Shown one piece after another: positions 16,900 through 25,643 of a stretch of DNA of 64,000 nucleotides. Position numbers and translations under genes: made by a program. Every line of letters starts with the position of its first letter. The stretch's first letter is position 1. Source of the stretch: an uncultured Burkholderiales bacterium (lineage in GTDB: Bacteria; Pseudomonadota; Gammaproteobacteria; Burkholderiales; SHXO01); contig CAZFYX010000085.1 in NCBI GenBank assembly GCA_964523885.1, forward strand, positions 117,736 through 181,735, read 5' to 3'. Below the pieces are notes generated by a model, which was given only the letters and a program-made list of their open reading frames with translations, was not told where the DNA came from and ran no database searches.

Positions 16900-17091
16900 A
16901 TGACCAAGCCGATCCTGCAAACCCTGCTCACCGCCGCGCTGCTGGCCGCTTCCGCGGTCGCATTCGCCGGGAGCATCGAGGTCAGCGTCACCGCCGGCCA
17001 GCAGGAAGCGCGGTTCAGCCTGGGTGCCTCGAACTGCGTACTCGTCGACGAGGTGATCCGGTGCGCCCCCGCGCTGGCCGCCTCCAACTGA
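16900..17091 (+). CDS. Small secreted protein (63 aa), unknown function
   Basis: GGAG lies 10 nt upstream. Signal peptide MTKPILQTLLTAALLAASAVAFA. The mature part has two Cys. Confidence 0.5.
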   Translation: MTKPILQTLLTAALLAASAVAFAGSIEVSVTAGQQEARFSLGASNCVLVDEVIRCAPALAASN

Positions 17092-17126
17092 GTCCAACCT
17101 GTGCAACCCTGCTGAAGGAGAACCTC

Positions 17127-17372
17127 ATGAACGCCAAGCTCATCGCCCTGACTCTCGCCGCCGCCGTGCTCGCGTCGCCGGTTGCTCACGCCGGCCAGGC
17201 GGGCGGCCGCGACAGCGTCTACACCACGGCCGCCAGCGTGTTTCCAAGCGCGAAGGCGGAGCGCAGCGTGGCCGGCAACGGCCGCGGCAGCGTCTACGCC
17301 GCGGACCTGCCCGCGGCCACGCCGCGCGCAACCAGCGTCGGCGAGGTCAAGGCGCGCTTGGGGCGTACCTGA
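17127..17372 (+). CDS. Small secreted protein (81 aa) with a duplicated GR(D/G)SVY(T/A) motif
   Basis: GAAGGAG lies 6 nt upstream of the ATG at 17127. Signal peptide MNAKLIALTLAAAVLASPVAHA. Confidence 0.55.
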   Translation: MNAKLIALTLAAAVLASPVAHAGQAGGRDSVYTTAASVFPSAKAERSVAGNGRGSVYAADLPAATPRATSVGEVKARLGRT

Positions 17373-17381
17373 GCCGGCGCG

Positions 17382-17473
17382 ATGCCTGCCGATGGATGCG
17401 CGCAGGCGCTGACCGGGCAGGCATGCCGGACGATCCGGATCCCTGCCGCAGCCGCGCCAGCGATGCGGCAGGG
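17382..17473 (+). other. Two consecutive GC-rich stem-loops in an intergenic spacer
   Basis: ATGCCTGCC (17382-17390) pairs with GGCAGGCAT (17416-17424). CCCTGCCGCA (17441-17450) pairs with TGCGGCAGGG (17464-17473). No U-run follows either stem. Confidence 0.5.
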
Positions 17474-17509
17474 AGCGACCCGATCACCGTCTGCTCCAAG
17501 GAGAGTGCC

Positions 17510-17971
17510 ATGCGTACCAACCCGACACTTCTGGTCTTGATCGCCGCGCTGCTCGCCGGGTCCGCCACCGCTGCCCGGGCGGGAGTCGATGAACCGTCCA
17601 CGGCACAGGCCTACGCGCGCAGCGTGCGTCCCGGCACCAGCCTCGGCGAGGATCAGGTGCGCCCGCTCGACCAGTCACGCAAGCCGGTGCCTGCCATCGA
17701 GCGCGATGTCGTGCGCCCCGACCCACCCAGATCGCAACCCGTCCGTAGTGCCGAGGACGAAGTGGTGCGACCGGTCCGGCGCACATTCAAATCGGAGCGG
17801 TCCCTGGACGACGCCCTGGCCCGTCCACCCCAGGCGGCCCGCACCCGGAAGGCGGCGCCCGCGCAGCCTGGCCTCGCGCCGCGGGGGATGGGCCAGACCG
17901 TCGCCGAGGACCCCGGCAGCCGTGCGAACGAGACTGCGCGGCCTGGCCGGCGGGGCCGGACCGAGCCCTGA
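17510..17971 (+). CDS. Secreted Pro/Arg-rich protein (153 aa), unknown function
   Basis: AAGGAGAG lies 4 nt upstream. Signal peptide MRTNPTLLVLIAALLAGSATAARA. The mature part is low-complexity with three (D/E)xVRP motifs. Confidence 0.55.
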   Translation: MRTNPTLLVLIAALLAGSATAARAGVDEPSTAQAYARSVRPGTSLGEDQVRPLDQSRKPVPAIERDVVRPDPPRSQPVRSAEDEVVRPVRRTFKSERSLDDALARPPQAARTRKAAPAQPGLAPRGMGQTVAEDPGSRANETARPGRRGRTEP

Positions 17972-18067
17972 GCCCCCTCGGCGGTACCCCAGGGCGCACC
18001 CCGGCAGGGGTCCGCCCGGTGTAGGATTCCCGCTTCCGGCGCAGATGGCTGGCGGCAGGGACTGGGG

Positions 18068-18712
18068 ATGCTGAACAAGGTCGCGTTGTTCGAAGGACTG
18101 TCAGAGGCGCAGCTCAACAAGCTGACGGAGCGCGCGGTCACCCGTTCCTACCCGCGGGGGGCGATCGTCATCAGCGAGGGTGACGAGGCCGGCACCCTGT
18201 TCATCGTGTCGCAGGGGTCGGTCAAGGTCTACCTCAGCGACGAGACTGGCCGGGAAGTGATCCTGGCGACGCTCGGCCCGGGCGAGCACTTCGGGGAACT
18301 GGCGCTTCTGGACGACACCCCGCGATCGGCGTCGGTCGCCACCCGGGAACCCTGCAAGCTGCTGCTGGTGCAGAAGTCCGCGCTGCGGGAGCTGATCGTT
18401 TCGGAACCGGAGACCTCGCTGCACATCATGCGCGGCCTCGCCAAGCGCATCCGGCGACTGACGGACAACGTCAGAACGCTGGCGCTGCTTGACGTTTTTG
18501 GGCGCCTGGTGCACACGCTGGAGGAGTTGTCGGTCGAGCAGGACGGCGTTCGCGTGATCGATCCGCGCCCCACCCAGCAGGACCTGGCCAGCCGCATCGG
18601 CGCCTCGCGCGAAATGGTGAGCCGCATCCTCACCGACCTGACCCGGGGTGGATACATCGGCCTCGAGGACAAGCGCATCGTCATCCGGAAGAAGATTCCG
18701 CGCAATTGGTAG
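18068..18712 (+). CDS. Crp/Fnr-family cyclic-nucleotide-binding transcriptional regulator
   Basis: cNMP-binding domain (FGELALLDDTPRSASVAT) plus a C-terminal HTH (QQDLASRIGASREMVSRILTDL). Confidence 0.9.
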   Translation: MLNKVALFEGLSEAQLNKLTERAVTRSYPRGAIVISEGDEAGTLFIVSQGSVKVYLSDETGREVILATLGPGEHFGELALLDDTPRSASVATREPCKLLLVQKSALRELIVSEPETSLHIMRGLAKRIRRLTDNVRTLALLDVFGRLVHTLEELSVEQDGVRVIDPRPTQQDLASRIGASREMVSRILTDLTRGGYIGLEDKRIVIRKKIPRNW

Positions 18713-18867
18713 GCGCACGCCTCGCCGCACGGCGAGGCGGCCGCGCGGCGCGGTCCGGCTGCGAGCGATCAGCTGCAACCACCGCCCCGCCCGACTTTGC
18801 AACTTCATCACCTTTCCGGGCGGCCCGTGCAACTCGCACCGCCCCCGTTCCGACCCGATCATCGAGT

Positions 18868-18882
18868 TGGCATGAGAAATGC
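18868..18882 (+). promoter_or_regulatory. Weak sigma-54-like -24/-12 element (TGGCAT-N5-ATGC)
   Basis: TGGCATGAGAAATGC has GG and GC at the canonical spacing. The -12 region is ATGC rather than TTGC, and no enhancer-binding protein gene lies nearby. Confidence 0.25.
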
Positions 18883-18963
18883 CGCTAAGGCCCCGGCTCG
18901 GCGAGAATATTCTGTGAACGGAGGGGTAGAATGCTGCTGGCACATCACCAGGAGCACCGCGGG

Positions 18964-19176
18964 ATGATGAAGTTCGGGTTCAAGATCCGGACGCGCGGGG
19001 GCATGGTCGTGGACAATCTCATGATCCCCGGCCGCGACCAGGCCGAGGCCGAGAAGAAGCTGCAGCAGATCTACCGCTACTGCGAGATTCTCGAAGCCAA
19101 GCCGGTGCAGCAGCAGGTGCGCGAGGAATCCATGGACATGGACGGGATCATCTCGCTGATATCCCGGCAGGATTGA
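18964..19176 (+). CDS. Small hypothetical protein (70 aa)
   Basis: MMKFGFKIRTRGGMVVDNLMIPGRDQAEAEKKLQQIYRYCEILE... AGGAG lies 11 nt upstream of the ATG at 18964. I recognise no family. Confidence 0.45.
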   Translation: MMKFGFKIRTRGGMVVDNLMIPGRDQAEAEKKLQQIYRYCEILEAKPVQQQVREESMDMDGIISLISRQD

Positions 19177-19219
19177 GCTCGACCACCGCGGCAGCGAAGC
19201 GGCCTGAACCCACCAGGCT

Positions 19220-19990
19220 TCAGCTCACGAAGCCCGTCTCCAGCAACTCATCGAGCAGCGCGTCGTAGTCCTGCGCGCCCCGGCTCTCGGGGGCATGCGT
19301 GAACACATCCTCGTTCGCCGCCGGGCTCTCGGCCACGCTGACGTTCTCCGAGATCCTCGTCTCGCACACGTCCTCGCCGAAGCGCCCGCGGATCTGCTCG
19401 TAGATGTCGTGCGACATCCGCCGCCGGGTGTCGAAGCGCGTGATGACGAAACGGCGCATCAGCTTGCGCTTGAACACATGCTGCTCGAGTGCCCGCAGGG
19501 TCCGGTCGACCTGCATCACGCCCTTCACCGCCAGCCAGTCGGCCGACACCGGCACCAGGATGCGGTCGCAGGCGAAGATCGCGTTGAGGCTGAGCACGCC
19601 GAGGATCGGGCTGCAGTCCATGATGATGGGCCGCCCGGTGTTGAGATTCTCCCGCACGATGGCCGAGTTCAGGCGGTTGAGCACCTGCGGCCCCTTGCCC
19701 GACTGCGCATCCACCTTGGAGAGTTCGACGTGCGCCGGGATCACCGGCCAGCCGCCGTGGCCTTGGCGCACCAGCGGCGTGAGCGGCTTCTGCGCGAAGT
19801 AGAAGCTGAACAGGCTGTCGTCGGCGTTCTCGACGCTGACACCGGTGATGGCAGAGAGATGGGCCTGGGGATCGAGGTCGATGGACAGAGGCACCTGCCC
19901 GCGACGGGTGAGCGCGGCCGCAAGGTTCAGCGAAGTGGTCGTCTTTCCTACGCCGCCCTTCTGATTGAAGATCGCGATCTTGGCCATCAT
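19220..19990 (-). CDS. Orphan ParA/MinD-family P-loop ATPase
   Basis: Deviant Walker A IFNQKGGVGKTTTSLNLAAAL and ParA-like architecture. No parB or plasmid/chromosome partition context is visible. Confidence 0.85.
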   Translation of the reverse strand: MMAKIAIFNQKGGVGKTTTSLNLAAALTRRGQVPLSIDLDPQAHLSAITGVSVENADDSLFSFYFAQKPLTPLVRQGHGGWPVIPAHVELSKVDAQSGKGPQVLNRLNSAIVRENLNTGRPIIMDCSPILGVLSLNAIFACDRILVPVSADWLAVKGVMQVDRTLRALEQHVFKRKLMRRFVITRFDTRRRMSHDIYEQIRGRFGEDVCETRISENVSVAESPAANEDVFTHAPESRGAQDYDALLDELLETGFVS

Positions 19991-20128
19991 TCGCGGTGCA
20001 CGACTGCTGCTGTCATGCGCCCGCCGCTGCTCCGGATAGTTGGACAGTACTAGTGGAATCAGTAGCTTGTCAATGTAGTCCGCATGCTCCGGCGCGGCCC
20101 GCGGCCATGCGGACGGCCCTCCGGCTCA

Positions 20129-21631
20129 TCATCGCTTAACGGTTTCACCCTCCCACTCTTTAGCGCGGGACAGTGCGCGGCCCCAGCCCTCGCTCAGCTG
20201 TGCACGCAGCTCCCGGCTCATGTGCGGCTCGAACACGCGCTCGGCATGCCACTGTGCGTCGAGTTCTGCCGGGCCGGACCAGAAGCCCGTCGCCAGGCCG
20301 GCGAGCGTGGCTGCACCCAGCGCGGTCGATTCGGCCATGCGCGGCCGCACCACCGGCACGCCGAGCAGGTCGGCCTGGAACTGCATGAGCAGATCGTTGC
20401 GCGTTGCGCCACCGTCGACGCGCAGCTCCTTCAACTCGATGCCGGAGTCGGCCTGCATGGCCGAGAGGATGTCGGCAGTCTGGTAGGCGATCGACTCGAG
20501 CGTCGCACGTGCGATATGCCCCGCGGTGGACCCGCGGGTGAGCCCCGCGATGATGCCGCGCGCATAGGGATCCCAGTGCGGCGCGCCCAGGCCGGTGAAG
20601 GCCGGCACCAGGTACACCCCGCCGTTGTCGGGCACGCTCGCCGCGAGCGCCTCGACCTCCTCGGCCGAGCGGATGATGCCCAGTCCATCGCGCAGCCACT
20701 GCACCGCGGCCCCGGCGATGAACACGCTGCCCTCCAGCGCGAACTCGCGGCGCTGCCCGTCGAGCCATGCGACCGTGGTCAGCAGCCGGTTCTTCGATTC
20801 CACGGCACTCGCGCCGGTGTGCATGAGCATGAAGCAGCCGGTGCCGTAGGTGTTCTTCACCATGCCCGGTGCGACGCACCGCTGGCCGAACAGCGCCGCC
20901 TGCTGGTCGCCCGCGATCCCGGCGATGGGAATCGGTGCACCGAAGAAGGCCGCGGCCGATTCGCCGACGACACCCCGGGTCGGCACGACCGCTGGCAGCA
21001 CGGCGCGCGGGACGCGCAGCAGCTGCAGCAGCTTGTCGTCCCAGTCCCCGGTGTGGATGTTGTACAGCAGGGTGCGAGACGCATTGGTCGCGTCGGTGAC
21101 GTGGACGGCGCCGCCGGTGAGGTTCCAGATCAGCCACGTGTCTACCGTGCCGAATGCTAGCTCGCCCGCCTCCGCCCGCCGCCGGGCGTCCGGCACCTGG
21201 TCGAGGATCCAGCGCAGCTTGGTGCCGGAGAAGTACGGATCGAGCACGAGGCCGGTGCGATGCGTGAACAGCGGCTCCACGCCCTGCAACTTGAGGTGAT
21301 CGCACAGCTCGGCGGTGCGTCGGTCCTGCCAGACGATCGCCCGGTGGATCGGCCGGCCGGTCGCGCGCTCCCACACCAGCGTGGTCTCGCGCTGGTTGGT
21401 GATCCCGATCGCCGCGACGTCGGCAGCGGATGCCCCGGCCCGGGCAAGGGCCTCGCGCGCGACACCGAGCTGGGTCTGGAAGATCTCCTCGGGATCCTGC
21501 TCGACCCATCCGGGCTGCGGGTAGTGCTGGGTCGTTTCGCGCTGCCCCACGCCGGCGACGCGTCCCTGGGCGTCGAAGAGCAGCGCGCGTGAACTGGTGG
21601 TGCCCTGGTCGAGGGCGAGGACGAAGCGCAT
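20129..21631 (-). CDS. glpK: Glycerol kinase
   Basis: 500 aa. [15 protein letters not shown]...[16 protein letters not shown]...[10 protein letters not shown] is the full-length FGGY kinase pattern of GlpK. Confidence 0.95.
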   Translation of the reverse strand: MRFVLALDQGTTSSRALLFDAQGRVAGVGQRETTQHYPQPGWVEQDPEEIFQTQLGVAREALARAGASAADVAAIGITNQRETTLVWERATGRPIHRAIVWQDRRTAELCDHLKLQGVEPLFTHRTGLVLDPYFSGTKLRWILDQVPDARRRAEAGELAFGTVDTWLIWNLTGGAVHVTDATNASRTLLYNIHTGDWDDKLLQLLRVPRAVLPAVVPTRGVVGESAAAFFGAPIPIAGIAGDQQAALFGQRCVAPGMVKNTYGTGCFMLMHTGASAVESKNRLLTTVAWLDGQRREFALEGSVFIAGAAVQWLRDGLGIIRSAEEVEALAASVPDNGGVYLVPAFTGLGAPHWDPYARGIIAGLTRGSTAGHIARATLESIAYQTADILSAMQADSGIELKELRVDGGATRNDLLMQFQADLLGVPVVRPRMAESTALGAATLAGLATGFWSGPAELDAQWHAERVFEPHMSRELRAQLSEGWGRALSRAKEWEGETVKR

Positions 21632-21793
21632 CGGACGACGTTGCCGGTTGTGCTAAAGTCGCTGGGCTTGTGGCGCCTCCACTGCGCGCCCTCTTCAGCA
21701 TACACCCGAATCCCTCGTGCCCTCCCCCGCTGAGCGTCGGCCTGCGCCTGAGCGGTCGCCACGCGCCCGCCATCTGCCGCCCGGGGGCCACCC

Positions 21794-22849
21794 ATGAGCG
21801 TCGACCCGCTGGCGCCCGCTGCGGCCGCAGACTTCCTGGCAGCCCTGCAACGCATGGGACTGCTGCGTGCGGACGATCCCGTGCCGGTCGTGACTCCGCT
21901 GGCAGGCGGCGTTTCCTCCGATATCGTACGGGTGGACCTGGCGCACGGTCCGGTGTGCGTCAAGCGGGCGTTGCCCAAGCTGAAGGTGAAGGCGGACTGG
22001 CAGGCCCCGGTCGAGCGCAACCGCTGGGAGGTGGAGTGGATGCGCACGGCCGCCGGCGTGGAGCCGCGGGCGGTGCCGGAGATGCTCGGTGAGGATGCCG
22101 CCGCGGGCATGTTCGCCATGGCCTACCTGGACGAGGCCAGCCACCCGGTGTGGAAGGCGCTGCTGCGCGATGGCGTGATCGATCCGGGGTTCGCGGCCGA
22201 AGTGGGGCACCGGATCGCCAGCATCCACGCCGCCACGGCCGGCAACCCCGACGTGCAGGCGCGCTTCCAGACCGACCACATCTTCTTCCCGATCCGGCTC
22301 GAACCGTACCTGGTGGCGACCGGCCGCGCGCACCCCGACCTGGCTGCGCAACTGGAAGGGCTCGCGCAGCGCACCGGCGCCACCCATCTCGCCCTCGTGC
22401 ACGGCGACGTGAGCCCGAAGAACATCCTGCGCGGTCCGCACGGGCCGGTGTTCCTCGATGCGGAATGCGCCTGGTACGGCGACCCGGCGTTCGACCTCGC
22501 CTTCTGCCTCAACCACACGCTGCTCAAGTGCCTGTGGCGCCCGCAGTGGTCAGGGCAGTATCTGGAGTGCTTCGACGCGCTGACCCGGGCTTACCTCGAG
22601 CACGTGACCTGGGAGCCGTGCGCGACGATCGACGCCCGCACGGCGGCGCTCCTGCCCGGCCTGTTCCTCGCGCGCGTGGACGGCAAGTCTCCCGCCGAAT
22701 ACGTCACGCAGGACTGGCAGCGCGAGGCCGTGCGGCGCGTGGCGCGCCCCTTGCTGCAGCGGCCGCCGGCTGGGCTGGCCGAGATCGTCACAGCGTGGCG
22801 CACGGACATCGAGGGCTGGAACAGGAACGACGTGACTCGTGGCTCGTGA
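21794..22849 (+). CDS. Aminoglycoside-phosphotransferase-fold (APH/choline-kinase-like) small-molecule kinase
   Basis: Catalytic loop LVHGDVSPKNIL and FLDAECAWYGDPAFDLAF (Brenner/APH motifs). The substrate is unknown. Confidence 0.75.
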   Translation: MSVDPLAPAAAADFLAALQRMGLLRADDPVPVVTPLAGGVSSDIVRVDLAHGPVCVKRALPKLKVKADWQAPVERNRWEVEWMRTAAGVEPRAVPEMLGEDAAAGMFAMAYLDEASHPVWKALLRDGVIDPGFAAEVGHRIASIHAATAGNPDVQARFQTDHIFFPIRLEPYLVATGRAHPDLAAQLEGLAQRTGATHLALVHGDVSPKNILRGPHGPVFLDAECAWYGDPAFDLAFCLNHTLLKCLWRPQWSGQYLECFDALTRAYLEHVTWEPCATIDARTAALLPGLFLARVDGKSPAEYVTQDWQREAVRRVARPLLQRPPAGLAEIVTAWRTDIEGWNRNDVTRGS

Positions 22850-22932
22850 CTGCGTGGCTCCTTCCCTCTTCCCCGCAGATGTGGCGAAGAGGGCCAGGGT
22901 GAAGGGGAGGCACGAAGCACGAGCCGCGACGC
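22831..22932. repeat. Composite intergenic hairpin: outer arms of CGTGACT/CGTGGCT heptamers enclosing a family A REP
   Basis: The left arm CGTGACTCGTGGCTCGTGACTGCGTGGCTCC (22831-22861) is imperfectly complementary to GGAGGCACGAAGCACGAGCCGCGACG (22907-22932). The inner palindrome is CCCTCTTC (22864-22871) with GAAGAGGG (22886-22893), followed by CCAGGGTGAAGGGGA. Confidence 0.65.
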
Positions 22933-22967
22933 GCGAACAAGGATAGGGGCACTAGGCACTCATCATC

Positions 22968-24254
22968 ATGGACACCACCATCACCCACATCCGCGGGCGC
23001 CGCGTCTGGGACTCGCGCGGCCGGCCCACGGTCGAGGCCGAGGTTCATCTCGCCTGCGGCGCAACGGGACGCGCGATCGCGCCGGCCGGCGCCTCGCGCG
23101 GCTCGCGCGAAGCCATCGACCTGCGTGACGGCGGCGAGGCGCTCGGAGGTCTCGACGTGCGCCTGGCAGTCGAACACGTCAACGGCGTGATCTTCCGCCG
23201 CGTGCGCGGCCTCGACGCCGTGCAGCAGGCAGCGGTGGACGCCGCGCTGATCGAGCAGGACGGCACGCCGAACAAGGCCGGGCTTGGCGGCAACGCGACC
23301 ATCGCGGTGTCGATGGCGTGCCTGCACGCCGCCGCCGCCGCGCATGGCGAGCCGTTGTGGCGCTACCTCGCGCAGGGCCGGCCGGTACGCCTGCCGCTGC
23401 CGGAGATCCAGATCTTCGGCGGCGGCGCGCACGCCGGCCGCCGCATCGACATCCAGGACCTGATGGTGATGGCGCTGTCGGCCTCGAGCTTCGACGAGGC
23501 CCTGGCCATGACCGCCGAGGTCTACCGCGCCGGCGGCGAGCTGATGAAGGAGCGCGGCCTGCTGCAGGGTGTCGCGGACGAGGGCGGCTTCTGGCCCGCC
23601 TTCTCGAGCAACGAGGAAGCGCTCGAGATGCTGGTGCGCGCCATCGAGCGTGCGGGCTACGAGCCCGGCGAGGAGGTCGGCATCTCGCTCGACATCGCGG
23701 CCTCGGAGTTCGGCAAGGCAGGCCGCTACCGCCTCGCGCTCGAGGAGCGCGAGCTGGACAGCCTGGAGATGGCGGAACTGCTGATGGACTGGTGCAACCG
23801 CTACCCGATCGTCTCGATCGAGGATCCGCTGGCCGAGGACGACATGCCGGGCATGAACCTGTTCACGCTCGCGATGGGTGATCGCCTCCAGGTCATCGGC
23901 GACGACTACCTGGTGACCAATGCCGCGCTGGTGGAGCAGGCGGTCAAGGACCGTGCGTGCAACGCCGTGCTGATCAAGCCGAACCAGGCCGGCACGGTGA
24001 CCGAGACCCGGGCAGCGCTCGAGGCCGGCAAGGCTGCCGGCTTCGGCACCATCGTCTCGGCGCGCTCGGGCGAGACCGAGGACGTCACCATCGTGCACCT
24101 GGCCGTGGGCTGGGACGCCGGCCAGCTCAAGGTCGGCTCGTTCGCCCGCTCGGAGCGCATGGCCAAGTGGAACGAAGCGCTGCGCGTGGAGGAAGCGCTG
24201 GGCACGCAGGCCCGCTTCGCCGGCCGCGGCGCGCTCGCGCGCAACCCGCGATGA
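22968..24254 (+). CDS. Enolase-family protein (divergent phosphopyruvate hydratase paralog)
   Basis: Full-length enolase pattern: IRGRRVWDSRGRPTVEAEV, APAGASRGSREA, VADEGGF, LDIAASEF, SIEDPL, IGDDY, LIKPNQAGTVTET, QLKVGS. The usual SHRSGETED reads SARSGETED. Confidence 0.8.
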   Translation: MDTTITHIRGRRVWDSRGRPTVEAEVHLACGATGRAIAPAGASRGSREAIDLRDGGEALGGLDVRLAVEHVNGVIFRRVRGLDAVQQAAVDAALIEQDGTPNKAGLGGNATIAVSMACLHAAAAAHGEPLWRYLAQGRPVRLPLPEIQIFGGGAHAGRRIDIQDLMVMALSASSFDEALAMTAEVYRAGGELMKERGLLQGVADEGGFWPAFSSNEEALEMLVRAIERAGYEPGEEVGISLDIAASEFGKAGRYRLALEERELDSLEMAELLMDWCNRYPIVSIEDPLAEDDMPGMNLFTLAMGDRLQVIGDDYLVTNAALVEQAVKDRACNAVLIKPNQAGTVTETRAALEAGKAAGFGTIVSARSGETEDVTIVHLAVGWDAGQLKVGSFARSERMAKWNEALRVEEALGTQARFAGRGALARNPR

Positions 24255-25144
24255 CGCGTGCCGCGGCGCACGCCCACCCGATGCGCGGCGTGCTGCTGGT
24301 GATGCTGGCGGTGTTCCTGTTCTCCTCGATGGACACCCTGGCCAAGTACATGCTCCGGCGCGAGGCCTACCCGATCCCGCCGCTGATCTGGGCCCGCTAT
24401 GCAGTGCACCTGGTGTTCATGCTCGCGCTGCTGGCTCCGCGCATGGGCATGGGCCTGGTGCGCACGCAGAGGCCGGTCCTGCAGATCGTGCGCGGCGTGC
24501 TGCTGGTGGGCAGCACCGGCTTCTTCTACCTCTCGCTGAGCCACCTGCCGCTCGCCGAAGCGGCCGCGATCACCTTCGTCGGCCCGGTACTGGTGACGGC
24601 GCTCTCGGGACCGCTGCTGCGCGAGCGGGTCTCGCGGCGCCAATGGTCCGCCGTGGCGCTCGGATTCCTCGGCGTGCTGATCATCGTCCGGCCCGGCGGC
24701 GACGCCTTCACGGTGCATGCGATCTACCCGCTGTGCAGCGCCCTGCTCTTCAGCCTCTACCAGGTGCTCACCCGCAAGCTCGCCGGCCGCGAGAATCCGT
24801 TCACCACGCTGTTCTTCACCGCGCTGGTCGGCGCGGCCGCCACCAGCCTGCCGCTGCCGTTCACCTGGCAGACCCCGACCCTGATCCAGGTGCCGTTCAT
24901 GATCGGCATCGGACTGCTGGGCGGGCTGGGACACTTCTTCCTGATCCGGGCGGTGGAGCACACCTCGCCCGCGCGGCTCGCCCCGTTCGTCTACACCCAG
25001 CTGGTCTGGTCGACCCTGCTCGCCTACCTCGCGTTCGGCGAGTTCCCGGGCTCCGGCTCGCTGATGGGCATGCTGGTGATCGTGCTGGCCGGCATGCTGG
25101 CGATCGACTGGCGCCGGATAAAGCTGCTGCCGAGGTTGAAGTAA
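24251..25144 (+). CDS. DMT superfamily (EamA-type) transporter
   Basis: About 10 predicted TM helices with two EamA-like halves. The ATG at 24251 overlaps the enolase-like stop (ATGA). Confidence 0.8.
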   Translation: MTRAAAHAHPMRGVLLVMLAVFLFSSMDTLAKYMLRREAYPIPPLIWARYAVHLVFMLALLAPRMGMGLVRTQRPVLQIVRGVLLVGSTGFFYLSLSHLPLAEAAAITFVGPVLVTALSGPLLRERVSRRQWSAVALGFLGVLIIVRPGGDAFTVHAIYPLCSALLFSLYQVLTRKLAGRENPFTTLFFTALVGAAATSLPLPFTWQTPTLIQVPFMIGIGLLGGLGHFFLIRAVEHTSPARLAPFVYTQLVWSTLLAYLAFGEFPGSGSLMGMLVIVLAGMLAIDWRRIKLLPRLK

Positions 25145-25181
25145 GCTTGCGCTCCCGACGCCCCCTGCCCGCATCGCATCC

Positions 25182-25619
25182 ATGAGCAAGCCCGCGCCCG
25201 AGCCGCGCACGGCGTATCGTCACTTCCAGCGCATTCCCACGCGCTGGATGGACAACGACGTCTACGGCCACGTGAACAACGTGCAGTACTACTCGTACTT
25301 CGATACCGTGGTGAACCAGTACCTGGTCGAGCAGGGCGTGCTCGACATCGAGCACGGGGCGGTCATCGGGCTGGTGGTCGAGACCGGCTGCCAGTACTTC
25401 TCCTCCATCGCGTTCCCGGACCTGGTGCACGCGGGATTGCGCGTCGGCCGGCTGGGCAACAGCAGCGTGCGCTACGAGGTGGGGATCTTCCGCAACGACG
25501 AGCCGCAGACCGCGGCGAAGGGGCACTTCATCCACGTATACGTGGACCGTGCCAACCGCCGCCCCGCAGCGCTGCCCGCACCGTTGCGGGAGGTGCTGGC
25601 GCGCATCGCGGCGGCTTGA
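25182..25619 (+). CDS. Acyl-CoA thioesterase, 4HBT/YbgC-like hot-dog fold
   Basis: [28 protein letters not shown] is typical of the 4HBT thioesterase N-terminus. Confidence 0.8.
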   Translation: MSKPAPEPRTAYRHFQRIPTRWMDNDVYGHVNNVQYYSYFDTVVNQYLVEQGVLDIEHGAVIGLVVETGCQYFSSIAFPDLVHAGLRVGRLGNSSVRYEVGIFRNDEPQTAAKGHFIHVYVDRANRRPAALPAPLREVLARIAAA

Positions 25620-25643
25620 GCGCCCGCGCGCACAGCGCGGCAG

